Source of the DNA: Verrucomicrobiota bacterium
Lineage (GTDB): Bacteria > Verrucomicrobiota > Verrucomicrobiia > Limisphaerales > UBA8199
Assembly (NCBI GenBank): GCA_037130375.1
Contig: JBAXTC010000003.1
Span: 1 to 42,443 of the forward strand
DNA: 42,443 bases
Direction of reading: 5' to 3'
The position numbers and the translations under genes are program-made. Each line of letters opens with the position of its first letter. Positions within the stretch are counted from its first letter, which is position 1. The notes under the pieces were generated by a model. That model did no database searches. It was not told where the DNA came from and saw only the letters and a list, made by a program, of their open reading frames with translations. Of the stretch, positions 19,546 to 30,008 are shown in pieces.

Positions 19546-20640
19546 TCAAACGTCATCATCTTCCGGCGGGTGCGGCAGAAAGGCGCGGAATTTTCGTTTG
19601 TCCAGCGCTTTGTCGTAAGCCTCTTCCGGAGAAATTCGTTTCATTCGGAGATGCTCCATAATGGCATCGTCCAGGGGTTGGTTGCCCATCTTCTTGCCGA
19701 CCTGGATCATACCCGGGATTTGGTGGGTCTTGCCTTCGCGCACCAGGTTCGCAATGGCGGTGGTAAAAACCAGAATCTCCAGCGCGGCCACTCGGCCTTT
19801 CTTGTCGATGCGCTTGAACAGGTTCTGCGCCACAACCCCTCTGAGGGCCTCCGAGAGTGTGGCGCGAATTTTATTCTGCTGTTCGGCTGGGAAAACGTCA
19901 ATTATGCGGTCCACGGTCTTGGCGGCGCTGGGTGTGTGGAGGGTGCCGAAAACCAAGTGGCCCGTGCTGGCCGCCACGAGCGCCAACTCAATGGTCTCGA
20001 GGTCGCGCAATTCGCCGACGAGCACCACATCGGGATCCTCGCGCAATGCGCCGCGGAGGGCGGCAGCGAACGACTTGGTGTGAACGCCCACCTCGCGGTG
20101 GTTGATCAGGCAATTCTTGCTCTCATGCACGAACTCGATGGGGTCTTCAACGGTGATGATGTGGTCGCGCCGGTTCTTGTTCGCATAATCAACCATCGCG
20201 GCCAGCGTGGTGGATTTGCCCGAGCCGGTCGGACCCGTAACGACGACCAGGCCGCGGTGCAACATCGCAAACTTCTTCAACACGGCCGGCAGCGGCGCGT
20301 CAAATTTCTCGAAATCCTCGAACGAGAGCACCTTGGTCGGGATTTGGCGGAAGACGGCGGCGATGCCGTATTTCTGGTTGAAGAAATTGGCGCGGAACCG
20401 CGAGATGTTCGGGATTTCGTAGCCGAAATCGACGTCGCCAGTTTCCTCGAAGGTCTTGACCTTGTACTCGGGCGCGATTTCGTAGAGCATCTTCTTGAGC
20501 TCGTCGTTGTCGAGCGGGGGGTGGTCCACGCGATGCAGTTCGCCGTTCACCCGGAGCATGGGATTGTTGCCCGAGGACAGGTGGAGGTCCGAGGCCTTTT
20601 GCTCGAACATCAGGTTAAAGAAAGCATCGATCTTTGCCAT
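19546..20640 (-). CDS. pilT: Type IV pilus retraction ATPase
   Basis: GPTGSGKS, EDPIEF, ALREDPD, GHLVFGTLH, AIANLVRE. Confidence 0.93.
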   Translation of the reverse strand: MAKIDAFFNLMFEQKASDLHLSSGNNPMLRVNGELHRVDHPPLDNDELKKMLYEIAPEYKVKTFEETGDVDFGYEIPNISRFRANFFNQKYGIAAVFRQIPTKVLSFEDFEKFDAPLPAVLKKFAMLHRGLVVVTGPTGSGKSTTLAAMVDYANKNRRDHIITVEDPIEFVHESKNCLINHREVGVHTKSFAAALRGALREDPDVVLVGELRDLETIELALVAASTGHLVFGTLHTPSAAKTVDRIIDVFPAEQQNKIRATLSEALRGVVAQNLFKRIDKKGRVAALEILVFTTAIANLVREGKTHQIPGMIQVGKKMGNQPLDDAIMEHLRMKRISPEEAYDKALDKRKFRAFLPHPPEDDDV

Positions 20641-20696
20641 AAATTTCCGTACGGTCTGACTGACTGATAGCTAAATCCGCACCATACTACCTCCAA

Positions 20697-21875
20697 GTGA
20701 GCCACGCCGCCAAAATAATCGCCAATGAGATAACGAAGGATGGGGCCATCCCGTTCGCGCGGTTCATGCAGCTCGCACTGTATTGTCCTGTTTGTGGATA
20801 TTATGAAAAAGAAGAGGACACCATCGGGAGGGTGGGAGATTACTATACCAGCGTAAGTGTCGGCCCCCTTTTTGGTGATCTGCTGGCTTTTCAATTTGCG
20901 GAATGGCTCGAGGAGGAGCGATGGCCGATGGGCGGGAACCAACAACCCGAGGTGAAGCAGGAAGTTGCAGCGCTGCAAATTCTGGAAGCAGGGGCTCACA
21001 ACGCGCAGTTGGCCCGGGACATCCTGGCGTGGCTGGGTGAACGTCGTCCAGGGTTGTTCCAGAGGCTGCAATACTGGATTGTGGAGCCCTCACCGCGAAG
21101 GCAACAATGGCAGAAACGAACTCTGGGCGAGCTTGCGGACAAGGTCCGTTGGGTCAGAACCCTTGCCGATCTCCGCGCCTCGCCCCCGGGTCACGCGTCA
21201 TCCGCCACCCCTCACACCGGAGGCATTCGCCAAATCATTTTCGCCAACGAACTGCTGGATGCCATGCCTGTGCATCGGCTGGGATGGGACGCGAACAGCC
21301 GGGTTTGGTTCGAATGGGGCGTTGCTCTGCAAGAAGATCGGTTCGTCTGGACGCGTCTCCCGAACCACCCGTCAACCGGGTTGCCTGATGCGCTGCTGCC
21401 AACCCTCGACCCGCAACTTTCGGCCGTTCTGCCGGATGGATTTGTCGTCGAACTCTGTCCGGCGGCGGCCGCATGGTGGCGATCGGCTGCCAGCGTCATG
21501 CGCTGCGGCAAGCTGCTCACATTCGATTACGGTCAGACCGCCGATCAATTCCTGACGCCCGAAAGGAAGGCAGGGACGTTGCGGTCGTATCGTTGTCATC
21601 GGCCAAGCCATGACGTGCTCGCCCAACCGAGCGAGCAGGACATCACGGCCGACGTGGATTTCACTGCCATTCAGGCCGCGGGAGAAGCCGGTGGCCTGGA
21701 AACGGAGGATTTCCTGACGCAGTCACAATTCCTGACCCGCATCGCAGCGCAAACCTGGAAGAGTGAAGGCTCGTTCGGAAAATGGACTGCAGAACGCGCG
21801 CGGCAGTTTCAAACGCTGACGCACCCGGAGCTTATGGGGAGGTCATTTCGAGTGCTGGTTCAGGGGCGATACTGA
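20697..21875 (+). CDS. MidA/NDUFAF7-family SAM-dependent methyltransferase
   Basis: IPFARFMQLALY...GYY, GDYYTS, ANELLDAMPVH, DYG, QDITADVDF, LTQSQFL. Confidence 0.88.
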   Translation: MSHAAKIIANEITKDGAIPFARFMQLALYCPVCGYYEKEEDTIGRVGDYYTSVSVGPLFGDLLAFQFAEWLEEERWPMGGNQQPEVKQEVAALQILEAGAHNAQLARDILAWLGERRPGLFQRLQYWIVEPSPRRQQWQKRTLGELADKVRWVRTLADLRASPPGHASSATPHTGGIRQIIFANELLDAMPVHRLGWDANSRVWFEWGVALQEDRFVWTRLPNHPSTGLPDALLPTLDPQLSAVLPDGFVVELCPAAAAWWRSAASVMRCGKLLTFDYGQTADQFLTPERKAGTLRSYRCHRPSHDVLAQPSEQDITADVDFTAIQAAGEAGGLETEDFLTQSQFLTRIAAQTWKSEGSFGKWTAERARQFQTLTHPELMGRSFRVLVQGRY

Positions 21876-21915
21876 TACTCTCGTGGGTGTGGCGATGCTG
21901 CATGTCTCCAAGCGT
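21874..21915 (+). repeat. 42-bp copy of an internal piece of the DUF2283 gene
   Basis: 40/42 identical to 23640-23681. Confidence 0.9.
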
Positions 21916-21919
21916 CACT

Positions 21920-22348
21920 TCAGGGGCCAGCGTCAGGTAATAGTCGATCCTGACGGCTCCGAAAGTTGGCTTCCGCAGGTGAGAACGAAGTGGGGCGGAT
22001 AGCCGCACCCTTGGCGTTAGTGCGCCTAAAAACGTCGGCGGGCAAATTGTTCTGTTCAGCTTGAAAGCTGCCGGGCAGGTAAGCCGCGGCGCTTTGGTTG
22101 CTCAGGATCATGGCGACCATCGGGCCGGAAACCGGCGCACCCACGAGGTTAGCGCCATAACGCTGGTTGAACAATACGCAGATCAGCAGCAGGGCAACCG
22201 TCGCGGGTGCCAGCCAGCTCAGCCGGAAGGCCGGCAGCGGTTCCGCCCGATCCGAATCGGCGCCAAATAGGCGCGCCTCAAGCCCCTTCGAGGGGTGGCG
22301 CGGCGTCCACGAAAGCAATTGCTTCTCCAATTCGTTCATCTCGTTCAT
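21920..22348 (-). CDS. Putative anti-sigma factor (single TM)
   Basis: Overlaps the 3' end of the ECF sigma gene; ELEKQLLSWTPRHPS then a TM helix. Confidence 0.65.
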   Translation of the reverse strand: MNEMNELEKQLLSWTPRHPSKGLEARLFGADSDRAEPLPAFRLSWLAPATVALLLICVLFNQRYGANLVGAPVSGPMVAMILSNQSAAAYLPGSFQAEQNNLPADVFRRTNAKGAAIRPTSFSPAEANFRSRQDRLLPDAGP

Positions 22349-22829
22349 ACGATGGTCCTTTCAAGTGCATTCTCAGTTTCTGCAGGCCATAGCGGTATCG
22401 ACCTGCGGCGGTGTTGGGAGAAATGTCCAGCAACTCGCCAATTTCATCAAAAGTGTGTTCATGCCAGATCTTCAGCACGATGACCTCACGCTGCTCCTGC
22501 GGCAAATTGGCCAGTCCCTGCATCGCTGCTCGCTCGGCCGGGCTTTCCGTGGTTGACCGCTCGAACCAGCTCCGCGACTCCAGTTCACGCGTCAACCGAC
22601 GCCAGAAGCTGCGGCGGTAATTCAGTGCCCGGTTGCGAAAACTCCTCAGGCAATAATGCTCCGGCAATTCCGGCGGCTCAGGACGATTCATCAACGCGAC
22701 AAATGTCTCCTGCACCACGTCTTCCGCCTCTGCATGGCTCAAGCCCAACGCCCGCCCGTAAAGGACGAGTTCAGACGCCTTCGCTCGATACAAGCGTTCG
22801 CACCACCCGGCTGGCTCAGCAATGTTCAC
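22278..22829 (-). CDS. ECF RNA polymerase sigma factor
   Basis: AEDVVQETF region 2; LPQEQREVIVLKIWHEHTFDEIG...TAAGRYRYG region 4. Confidence 0.9.
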   Translation of the reverse strand: MNIAEPAGWCERLYRAKASELVLYGRALGLSHAEAEDVVQETFVALMNRPEPPELPEHYCLRSFRNRALNYRRSFWRRLTRELESRSWFERSTTESPAERAAMQGLANLPQEQREVIVLKIWHEHTFDEIGELLDISPNTAAGRYRYGLQKLRMHLKGPSYERDERIGEAIAFVDAAPPLEGA

Positions 22830-22889
22830 AAGTTCACCCCAATAGACACCTCGAAGCTTGGATTTGTATAAACTTCTTCAGACCACTTG

Positions 22890-23062
22890 TACCCCCAAGT
22901 GAGCCACACCGCCAAAATAATCTCTGGGCGAACTTGCGGACAAGGTCCGTTGGGTCGAAACCCTTGCCGATCTCTGCACCTCGCCCCCGGGTCACGCGTC
23001 ACCCTCCCCCCCCCACCTCACACCGAAGGCATTCGCCAAATCATTTTCGCCAACGAACTGCT
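22890..23062 (+). pseudogene. Internally deleted, truncated duplicate of the midA-family gene
   Basis: 22890-22922 matches 20688-20720 (31/33); 22922-23062 matches 21121-21256; about 400 bp deleted at the join. Confidence 0.9.
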
Positions 23063-23277
23063 TGGTTTTTGGCACACCCGCTTGTACTTGACGCTACGCT
23101 GGAAAAAACGGAGCTTGAAATGTGCCAGGGGCGAGCTATGCTCGCGCCAATGGATGCCTTCGCAGTCACAAGAGCATCAAAAGTTCTCTCGGCCAGTACG
23201 CCAGATATATTGATGCGAAAACCCGATGGAGTGTCGCCACTCTCCTGCGACACGAGCACCACGGCGGAGGTGAAAGT

Positions 23278-23529
23278 GTGAAATACGAGTTGAGCGAGCA
23301 CGCCTTGATTCGTATGCGAGAACGAAAGATCGAATCGGCCTGGCTGGAACAGGCAATTACCCAGCCACAGCGAACCGAGCCGGATGAGGATGATCCGGGC
23401 ATGGAACACCGGCTGGCGGCAATTGCCGAGCGAGACTATCGTGTGCTGCGCGTCGTGTGCGATCCGCGAGCGAATCCGCTGAAGATCGCCACGGTGTATT
23501 TTGATCGAAGCATGAAAGGCAAATTGTGA
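23278..23529 (+). CDS. DUF4258-family protein (putative RelE-like toxin)
   Basis: GGAGGTG RBS then GTG; YELSEHALIRMRERKI...VLRVV...IATVYFDR. Confidence 0.8.
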   Translation: MKYELSEHALIRMRERKIESAWLEQAITQPQRTEPDEDDPGMEHRLAAIAERDYRVLRVVCDPRANPLKIATVYFDRSMKGKL

Positions 23530-23792
23530 AACTGACGATTGATCCGAAAGCCGACGCGCTCTATCTGCGCCTCAACGACGCCGAAATTGTGGATTCCCAG
23601 CAGGTAGCCCCCGGCGTGGTGCTGGACTATGACACGGAGGATACTGTCGTGGGTGTGGAGATGCTGCATGTCTCCAAGCGTGCCGGCAAAGCGGACTTGC
23701 ATCGCCTGCTTTTTGAAACGCTCGGAGCTTCCAGTCCAGAAGCAATGACTGTGCGCGAAACGCCGCCCCCTTACGGCCAGACAGTGCCGTGA
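23526..23792 (+). CDS. DUF2283-family protein (putative antitoxin)
   Basis: KLTIDPKADALYLRL...GVVLDYD...VVGVEML; GTGA overlap with the DUF4258 gene. Confidence 0.85.
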   Translation: MKLTIDPKADALYLRLNDAEIVDSQQVAPGVVLDYDTEDTVVGVEMLHVSKRAGKADLHRLLFETLGASSPEAMTVRETPPPYGQTVP

Positions 23793-23836
23793 GCGACCGG
23801 CCGGAACCCGTCGTCAATAGTGCCGCGCTCGACTGA

Positions 23837-24592
23837 TCAAGATGAAGGCGACTGCAGTTCGTAATTGAGTATCGAGAGGCAATAGACGGTCGCAGTTTCG
23901 GTCCGCAGCACGAGGCGGCCAAGGGTGATGGGCAAGGCGCCGTGAGATTCAATGGCCTCCGTTTCCGCCGGAGTGAAATCGCCCTCGGGACCAATCCAGA
24001 TTGAAGCGGATACCGGGCTGCGCCCGTGCTGCGCCTGGAAGGCGCGAAAGTACTCGCGCGGCGAGCGGCTGCCGCTTTGAAGGGAGGCTATCAGGGGCAA
24101 CTCGAACGCCTCGTTGCGGGCAAGAAATTGGTTCGGGGTCAATGGCGGCTCGACTCGTGGAAGCCAGGGGGAACCGCATTGTTTGATGGCTTCGATGGCG
24201 ACTGATTGCAACCTCGCGGTTTTCCGCGCGACGTCTTCGTCATCAAGTTGCGTAATCACCCGTTCGGAGAGCAAAGGCACAATGCGAGAGGCCCCCAGTT
24301 CGGTGGCTTTCTGGATGATGGATTCGATGAGCCTGCCTTTGGGCACAGCCTGGACCAAGGTGACCCGGCACGGCGGGGGCGGATGAGAACGTTTTTCGCC
24401 AACCGTCAGCCTGACTTTGTCACGGTCATAATCCTGCACGTCGCAAAGGAACTCGTGGCCCGCGCCGTCCAGCACCAAAACACGCTCGCCGCGCCGCAGC
24501 CGTAGAACATGGCGGGCATGGTGCGCCTCACGGCCCGCCAAAAAGAGCGTCGCATCCTCGCATTGGGCGGTGGGAAGATAGAAACGGTGCAT
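23837..24592 (-). CDS. rsmE: 16S rRNA m3U1498 methyltransferase
   Basis: MHRFY start, HHARHVLR, IQKATELG, EAIKQC, IGPEGDF, LGRLVLRTETA. Confidence 0.93.
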   Translation of the reverse strand: MHRFYLPTAQCEDATLFLAGREAHHARHVLRLRRGERVLVLDGAGHEFLCDVQDYDRDKVRLTVGEKRSHPPPPCRVTLVQAVPKGRLIESIIQKATELGASRIVPLLSERVITQLDDEDVARKTARLQSVAIEAIKQCGSPWLPRVEPPLTPNQFLARNEAFELPLIASLQSGSRSPREYFRAFQAQHGRSPVSASIWIGPEGDFTPAETEAIESHGALPITLGRLVLRTETATVYCLSILNYELQSPSS

Positions 24593-24614
24593 GGCATGAG
24601 TGCCCCATCCTTGC

Positions 24615-25745
24615 TCACTGAAAAAGATTCTTTGCTCTTTCGAGGAAGCTTTGGCTGATGGGGCTTTCTTTGCCGCTGCAAAGATCGGCGAATTCCTGCA
24701 GTTTGGACTTTTGGGCGGATGAAAGCTGAGTTGGCACCTCGACGTTGATGCGGACGTGCAGATCGCCGTGCCCATAGCCCTGAACATTCTTAACACCCCT
24801 GCCCTTCAGACGGAACATGGTGCCGGGCTGGGTGCCGGGGGGGACTTTGATGGCGGTTTTCCCATCAAGAGCCGGCACCTCGATTTCCGCGCCGAGCGCG
24901 GCATGCACGAAACTGACCGGCACCTCGCACAACAAATCATCACCGTCGCGTTGGAAAATCGCATGGGATTTGACGTGAAGCACGACATACAGATCGCCCG
25001 GCGGCCCGCCACGAAAACCAGCCTCGCCATTGCCCGAAGACCTCAGTCGTGAGCCGGTGTCCACACCGGCGGGAATGCGCAATTTGATCGGGATGGCACG
25101 CTCGCGGCGGCCGGCGCCACGGCAGCTTGCGCACGGTTTATCGATGACGCGGCCGGCCCCCTGGCAATGGGGACACGTCTGGGCAATGCTGAAGATACCG
25201 CGAGAATTGATAATCTGACCGCGACCGCCACAGGCCGGGCAGGCTTTGGCGCGGGAACCAGGTTCGGCACCCGAACCCTGGCACGCCTCGCAGCGTTCCG
25301 GCTTGGTGACGGTGATCTCTTTCTCGCAGCCGTGGGCCGCTTCCTCGAAGGTGATCTCCATATCATACCGGAGATCGTCACCCCGCCGCGGCTGCGTCGG
25401 ATCGGACCGGCCGCCGCCAAAAAGATCGTCGAAAATGTTGCCGCCGCCGCCGAAGACTTCCCGAAATATCTCGAACGGATCGTGAAAGCCGCCGCCGTGA
25501 GCAAAGGGGCCGGCGCGACGATCAAAGGCCGCGTGGCCGTATTGGTCGTAAGCGGCGCGCTTTTGCGGGTCGCTCAAGGCTTCGTAGGCCTCGCCCAGCT
25601 CCTTGAACTTCTCTTCCGCAGTTTTGTCGCCCGGATTCTTGTCCGGATGGTGCTTCGCCGCGAGCTTGCGGTATGCCTTCTTGATTTCCTCCGGCACGAC
25701 ACTCTTCTCTACGCCGAGGACTTCGTAATAATCACGTTTGGCCAT
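24615..25745 (-). CDS. dnaJ: Chaperone DnaJ
   Basis: J domain with HPD, G/F region, four CxxCxGxG repeats. Confidence 0.97.
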   Translation of the reverse strand: MAKRDYYEVLGVEKSVVPEEIKKAYRKLAAKHHPDKNPGDKTAEEKFKELGEAYEALSDPQKRAAYDQYGHAAFDRRAGPFAHGGGFHDPFEIFREVFGGGGNIFDDLFGGGRSDPTQPRRGDDLRYDMEITFEEAAHGCEKEITVTKPERCEACQGSGAEPGSRAKACPACGGRGQIINSRGIFSIAQTCPHCQGAGRVIDKPCASCRGAGRRERAIPIKLRIPAGVDTGSRLRSSGNGEAGFRGGPPGDLYVVLHVKSHAIFQRDGDDLLCEVPVSFVHAALGAEIEVPALDGKTAIKVPPGTQPGTMFRLKGRGVKNVQGYGHGDLHVRINVEVPTQLSSAQKSKLQEFADLCSGKESPISQSFLERAKNLFQ

Positions 25746-25748
25746 TGG

Positions 25749-26306
25749 TCAGGCGGCGGGTTGTTTGGCCACGATGACGCTGGCCGGACGCAGAAGACGC
25801 TCCCGTAATTTGTAACCTTTCCGCAGTTGCTGAATGACCTGCCCTTCCGGGGCTTCGACCGTTTCCCGTTGGGAGACGGCTTCGTGAAAGTTCGGATCGA
25901 AGGGTTTGCCGGCGGCGTCCACCTCTTCCAGACCCGCTTCCGCGAGGGCAGTCTTGAGTTGTTGGCAGACCATGTTGATGCCTGCTTGCAGCGATTGGCC
26001 GGCTTCGGGTTCGGCGGCTTGCACGGCCGTCAAGGCCGTCTCAAGGTTATCCAGCACGGGAACCAACTTCTGGAGCAGACTCTCGTTGGCAAACTTAATT
26101 GCCTCCTGCTTTTCGCGGGCGGCGCGCTTCTTGAAGTTATCGAAATCGGCGGAGGTCCGCAGCAGACGTTCCCAGTTATCGTCCGCCTTCGCAGCCCGTT
26201 CCTTCAATTCCGCCAGTTGCTCCGGGGTCACCGTGGCCGGCTCAACCGGCACCAGCGGCTCGGCACTGGCCGGTGCTTTCTCTTTATGCGCGTCAGTTTT
26301 TTTCAT
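25749..26306 (-). CDS. grpE: Nucleotide exchange factor GrpE
   Basis: ADFDNFKKR, LVPVLDNLE, FDPNFHEAV, KGYKLRERLLRPASV. Confidence 0.95.
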   Translation of the reverse strand: MKKTDAHKEKAPASAEPLVPVEPATVTPEQLAELKERAAKADDNWERLLRTSADFDNFKKRAAREKQEAIKFANESLLQKLVPVLDNLETALTAVQAAEPEAGQSLQAGINMVCQQLKTALAEAGLEEVDAAGKPFDPNFHEAVSQRETVEAPEGQVIQQLRKGYKLRERLLRPASVIVAKQPAA

Positions 26307-26442
26307 CAAATACAGCTTGCTTATCTATGGTTACAACGCGGAGAGAATACGCGATTGTTGCCAGTCCGGCAACCTGTTAACCAAGCCCCCAGCAATTCTT
26401 GACGGAGCGTGGAGCAGGTCTCCGAAGGAGAAAAGGCCAAAG

Positions 26443-26609
26443 ATTATGGAGTGCGCCGGCAGAGCGTAGCGGCGACGGCGCTTTCCCCCTGCGCGGAGCG
26501 CCTGCAGTCTCTAACCAAGCAAGCTGACGAAATCATTTATGATACGGAATCGGCTACGCCGGGAGCCAAAGCGCCGTCGCCACTACGCTCTGCCGGCGCA
26601 CTCCATAAT
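26443..26609. repeat. REP/REPIN-like element: 42-bp inverted repeats (TGGAGTGC type) around an 83-bp spacer
   Basis: 26443-26484 and 26568-26609 are reverse complements at 41/42. Confidence 0.9.
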
Positions 26610-26709
26610 GAGTTTCCTGTTCCGTTTAAACCTGCTCACGAACCTTGAATTTACATCCCCGCCTTCCAAGTTCATGGAGAACTGCTGGTTCCTTGATGTC
26701 AGCTCTCCA

Positions 26710-28341
26710 TTAATCCATCGCAACATTGCCGCAAAGGTGGACCTCGAGACCGAGTTCGGCGAGCATCGCGGCCTTGATGCGGCAGGCACGATGGGCTTGT
26801 TTTGCGTTTGGCGCATAAACCACCTGGATGTGGTTGGCCTTGTGCCGCGCCATCATCTGGTCGCGCGTCACCCCGTCAAGCACCGCATGCATGATCGGCC
26901 ATTGCGGCGTGGTCTCGCGCCATCGGCGTTCGGTTTCCTTCTCGGGCAGCTTGACCACCTCGGACACGCCAAGATCGCAATGCAATGTGCCGTCCATGAT
27001 GAACACGCGGCTCCAGACGATGTGCCCGGGTTTCGAGATGCCTTTTATCGTGCCGCCACCCAGGCGGAAATACATCGGCGGCTGGCGCTCGCTGGTGGCG
27101 CCCCCATAGCCGCCGATCAAATGCGCCGGCGGGACCGCTCCCGAGATCAGGAACACCCAAACATAATCGTCCACTCCATCGCCATTGTAGTGCTGGCCCC
27201 AGCGGAGATCGTGGAGGGTGTTCTCCGGCGCAAATCCGAGCTGCCGCCACAGGCGATTGGTCACCAGGCCGTCCAAGCCCGCGCACTCGTCCACTTCGTT
27301 GAAATGTGGAACGGCTTCGCCAGCGAACAACACGCCACCCGATTTCCGGCACTTCACCGGCGGCCGATCCACGTTATTCAGCAGACCTTCCGCCAGATCG
27401 CTCGCCGGGGTGAGGTCTTTCAGCCCCTGCTGATACTGAATGCCAATGGTCGCGCAACCGAATTCGTCCGCAAGACGTACCGCAGCAATATACATTTTGC
27501 ACTGCTGCAAGGTCTGGGCTTCTGTCAACTCCGTCTCCTCGTTCTTGCCCCAGCAGAATGTCATGCCTTTCTTCAGCAGCCAATTCAGGACTTCGCGGGC
27601 TTCGCCGTCTGTGACCTGCTGCATGGCGGCGTAAAGGGCGGACTGGCTGAGGCGCTCCTTGAAGACGCCGGTCGGATGCAGCAGTTCATCCGGAATGATA
27701 GCGTTGAACATGCCCATGCAGCCTTCGTCAAAAACTCCCATGATGGCCTTCTGCCGCCGCAACTCTCGGGCGGCGCCCTTGCCGAGTTGCTCGTCGGCAA
27801 GCGGCAGCTTCAACAATCGCAAATCTCTTACGTGGCTCTGATCGTGCGTAACCGCCCCCTCGTCCAGCCACTGGCGGAGGCCATTCTTGAAAAACTCATC
27901 CGTGAAATCCGCGCTCCACAGCGTGCTATACCGGATTCCTGCTTTCGTTAGAGAACCATTCAAATTCAACATGCCCACCAGGCCAGGCCATGTGCCGCTC
28001 CAATTGGCCACGGTCAGAATCGGACCCCGATGCGTGCAAAGACCAGCCAAAACGTGATGGCTATACTGCCAGACACCTTCGGCAACGATCAGCGGCGCAC
28101 TCGAGTCAAGATTGCGAAAAACCTCGATCCCCATCTTCTGCGAATCAATAAAACCGTGCTCCTTTTGTTTGTCGAAGGGGTGCGCGCGGACAACCGTCCA
28201 GCCTTCGGCTTTCAGGGCCTTGCCGAGCACAGTCTCCATCTTTAACTGTTCGGGCCAGCACTTCTGGTTGGCCGAGAGCCGCAGGTCGCCGCTGGACATC
28301 AGGTAAGTGTGCTTGGGCTTTAGTGAAGGTATCGTTTTCAT
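26710..28341 (-). CDS. L-fucose/L-arabinose isomerase-family protein
   Basis: [40 protein letters not shown]; substrate not determinable. Confidence 0.75.
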   Translation of the reverse strand: MKTIPSLKPKHTYLMSSGDLRLSANQKCWPEQLKMETVLGKALKAEGWTVVRAHPFDKQKEHGFIDSQKMGIEVFRNLDSSAPLIVAEGVWQYSHHVLAGLCTHRGPILTVANWSGTWPGLVGMLNLNGSLTKAGIRYSTLWSADFTDEFFKNGLRQWLDEGAVTHDQSHVRDLRLLKLPLADEQLGKGAARELRRQKAIMGVFDEGCMGMFNAIIPDELLHPTGVFKERLSQSALYAAMQQVTDGEAREVLNWLLKKGMTFCWGKNEETELTEAQTLQQCKMYIAAVRLADEFGCATIGIQYQQGLKDLTPASDLAEGLLNNVDRPPVKCRKSGGVLFAGEAVPHFNEVDECAGLDGLVTNRLWRQLGFAPENTLHDLRWGQHYNGDGVDDYVWVFLISGAVPPAHLIGGYGGATSERQPPMYFRLGGGTIKGISKPGHIVWSRVFIMDGTLHCDLGVSEVVKLPEKETERRWRETTPQWPIMHAVLDGVTRDQMMARHKANHIQVVYAPNAKQAHRACRIKAAMLAELGLEVHLCGNVAMD

Positions 28342-28447
28342 AATCTGGTCAATGTGTAAGAATTCTGGTGCTCTTTTTAACACGGCAGACGGCGGGCGTC
28401 ACTGAATTATTTTTGGGGAATTGGGTCACGGGCTGCGCCTCCAGACG

Positions 28448-29317
28448 TCAAGACCCAGGCTCCTTATGCACTCGCGCGTAATGGAAAAGATACTGCTGCG
28501 CATATCCCGCATTGGGACCGAAATGCGCCCCGGCAAAACGGTGCAACCGTTGCACGGAGACTCGCCGGCGTGGAAAGTAAAGCTCGCGCAGCGCCTTCAT
28601 AACCCATACGTCCAGCGGAAATGCGGGCTGAAATCCGTATGCGAACAACAGGACGCAATCGGCGATCTTCCGCCCCACACCCGGCAGTTTCATCAACTCG
28701 GACCGCGCCGCCTCCACTGACAACGGCTGCAGGCGGGTCAGATCGAGATGCCCGCTCGCAATCGTGCGCGCGGTCCCCAGCAAATACGGAGCGCGGAATC
28801 CCATTTTGCAGGCCCGCAACTCCGCCTCCGTCGCCCTCGCCAGTCGGGCCGGGGATGGGAACGCGTGCGCCGGGGCATGGGTGGGGAGCACGGGCAGCGG
28901 ATCGCCGTAACGTTCACACAACAACGAGACGATCTGCCGGATTTGGCATATCTGCTTGGTTGATGACAGGATGAACGAGGCCACACACTCCCAAGGGTCC
29001 TGGCGCAACAAACGCAAACCGCGGCAGGCGGCGACCGCCGCGCGCATGGGAGCTTCGTCGGGAAAGGTCCGCAATACCGCGCTCAAATCAAGCTCCAGTT
29101 GCAAGTAATCCGCCAGCCAGCCCCAGTCTGCAACCGGCTCCGCCGTTTCCGCTGTAATCGAGAATTGGTCTGCGTGGAGCCAGACCCAGCGCCGGCCGAT
29201 CACGCCGGTCCAGCCCCCCTCGCAGCGTTCCCAGCGAAACGCCTGACCACAGGTGAGCGTGGTGGTCAGGTCATAGTCTCGCACCGGAAATACGCCCGTG
29301 GTTGTCCCCGCAATCAT
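28448..29317 (-). CDS. 8-oxoguanine DNA glycosylase (OGG, HhH-GPD)
   Basis: TLTCGQAFRW N-domain, GLRLLRQDPWE, LPGVGRKIADCV, FPLDVW. Confidence 0.88.
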   Translation of the reverse strand: MIAGTTTGVFPVRDYDLTTTLTCGQAFRWERCEGGWTGVIGRRWVWLHADQFSITAETAEPVADWGWLADYLQLELDLSAVLRTFPDEAPMRAAVAACRGLRLLRQDPWECVASFILSSTKQICQIRQIVSLLCERYGDPLPVLPTHAPAHAFPSPARLARATEAELRACKMGFRAPYLLGTARTIASGHLDLTRLQPLSVEAARSELMKLPGVGRKIADCVLLFAYGFQPAFPLDVWVMKALRELYFPRRRVSVQRLHRFAGAHFGPNAGYAQQYLFHYARVHKEPGS

Positions 29318-29445
29318 TGGCCGGCAGAAAGTAAATCGCGCAGCCCTGCGAGCCTCGGGGTGCCAGACAGATTCGCCGCTCGCCTCGCGAATGCCAAAAC
29401 AGCTCCGGACCGCGGTGCTTGGGACATTTGCGCCTGGACGGCAAC

Positions 29446-29982
29446 TCAATACACGACTAACGAACGCACCGGGTAGTTCTCCAGCTTTTGCCGGCCTCCC
29501 AGGAAACTGAGTTCGATAAGAAAAGCGATTTCCAGAATCCGTGCGCCGAGGCGATGCACCAGCGCCGCCGCCGCCGCGGCGGTGCCGCCCGTCGCCAGCA
29601 AATCATCGATGAGCAGCACTCGAGCTCCGGGCTTGAGCGCATCGACATGGATGGCAATCGTGGCCGTGCCATATTCGAGAGCGTATTCCTTTTCGTGAGT
29701 TTGGTAGGGCAGTTTGCCCTTCTTGCGAACCGGCACAAAGCCGGCCTGAAGCTTGACTGCGGCGGCCGCGGCGAAAATAAAACCGCGCGCATCAATGCCC
29801 ACCACAGCATCGACCGTGCCGGGCTTGAAGCTCTCTGTTAACAAGTCAATGCTGCCAGAAAAAAGCCGGGCGTCAGCAAGCACGGGCGTGATGTCCTTGA
29901 ATTGAATGCCGGGTTTCGGAAAATCCGGGATGTTGCGAATGGCGCATTCGATCTCTGAAATCGGCGGATGGGTTTGGCTCAT
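29446..29982 (-). CDS. apt: Adenine phosphoribosyltransferase
   Basis: IPDFPKPGIQFKDITP, DARGF, RKKGKLP, LIDDLLATGGT. Confidence 0.96.
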   Translation of the reverse strand: MSQTHPPISEIECAIRNIPDFPKPGIQFKDITPVLADARLFSGSIDLLTESFKPGTVDAVVGIDARGFIFAAAAAVKLQAGFVPVRKKGKLPYQTHEKEYALEYGTATIAIHVDALKPGARVLLIDDLLATGGTAAAAAALVHRLGARILEIAFLIELSFLGGRQKLENYPVRSLVVY

Positions 29983-30008
29983 GAGGGTCAGGATTTGTTG
30001 TTTCCAGG

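Noticed and set aside
26358-26384. Weak CIRCE-like sequence upstream of grpE
   Set aside because: Only about 10/18 matches to consensus
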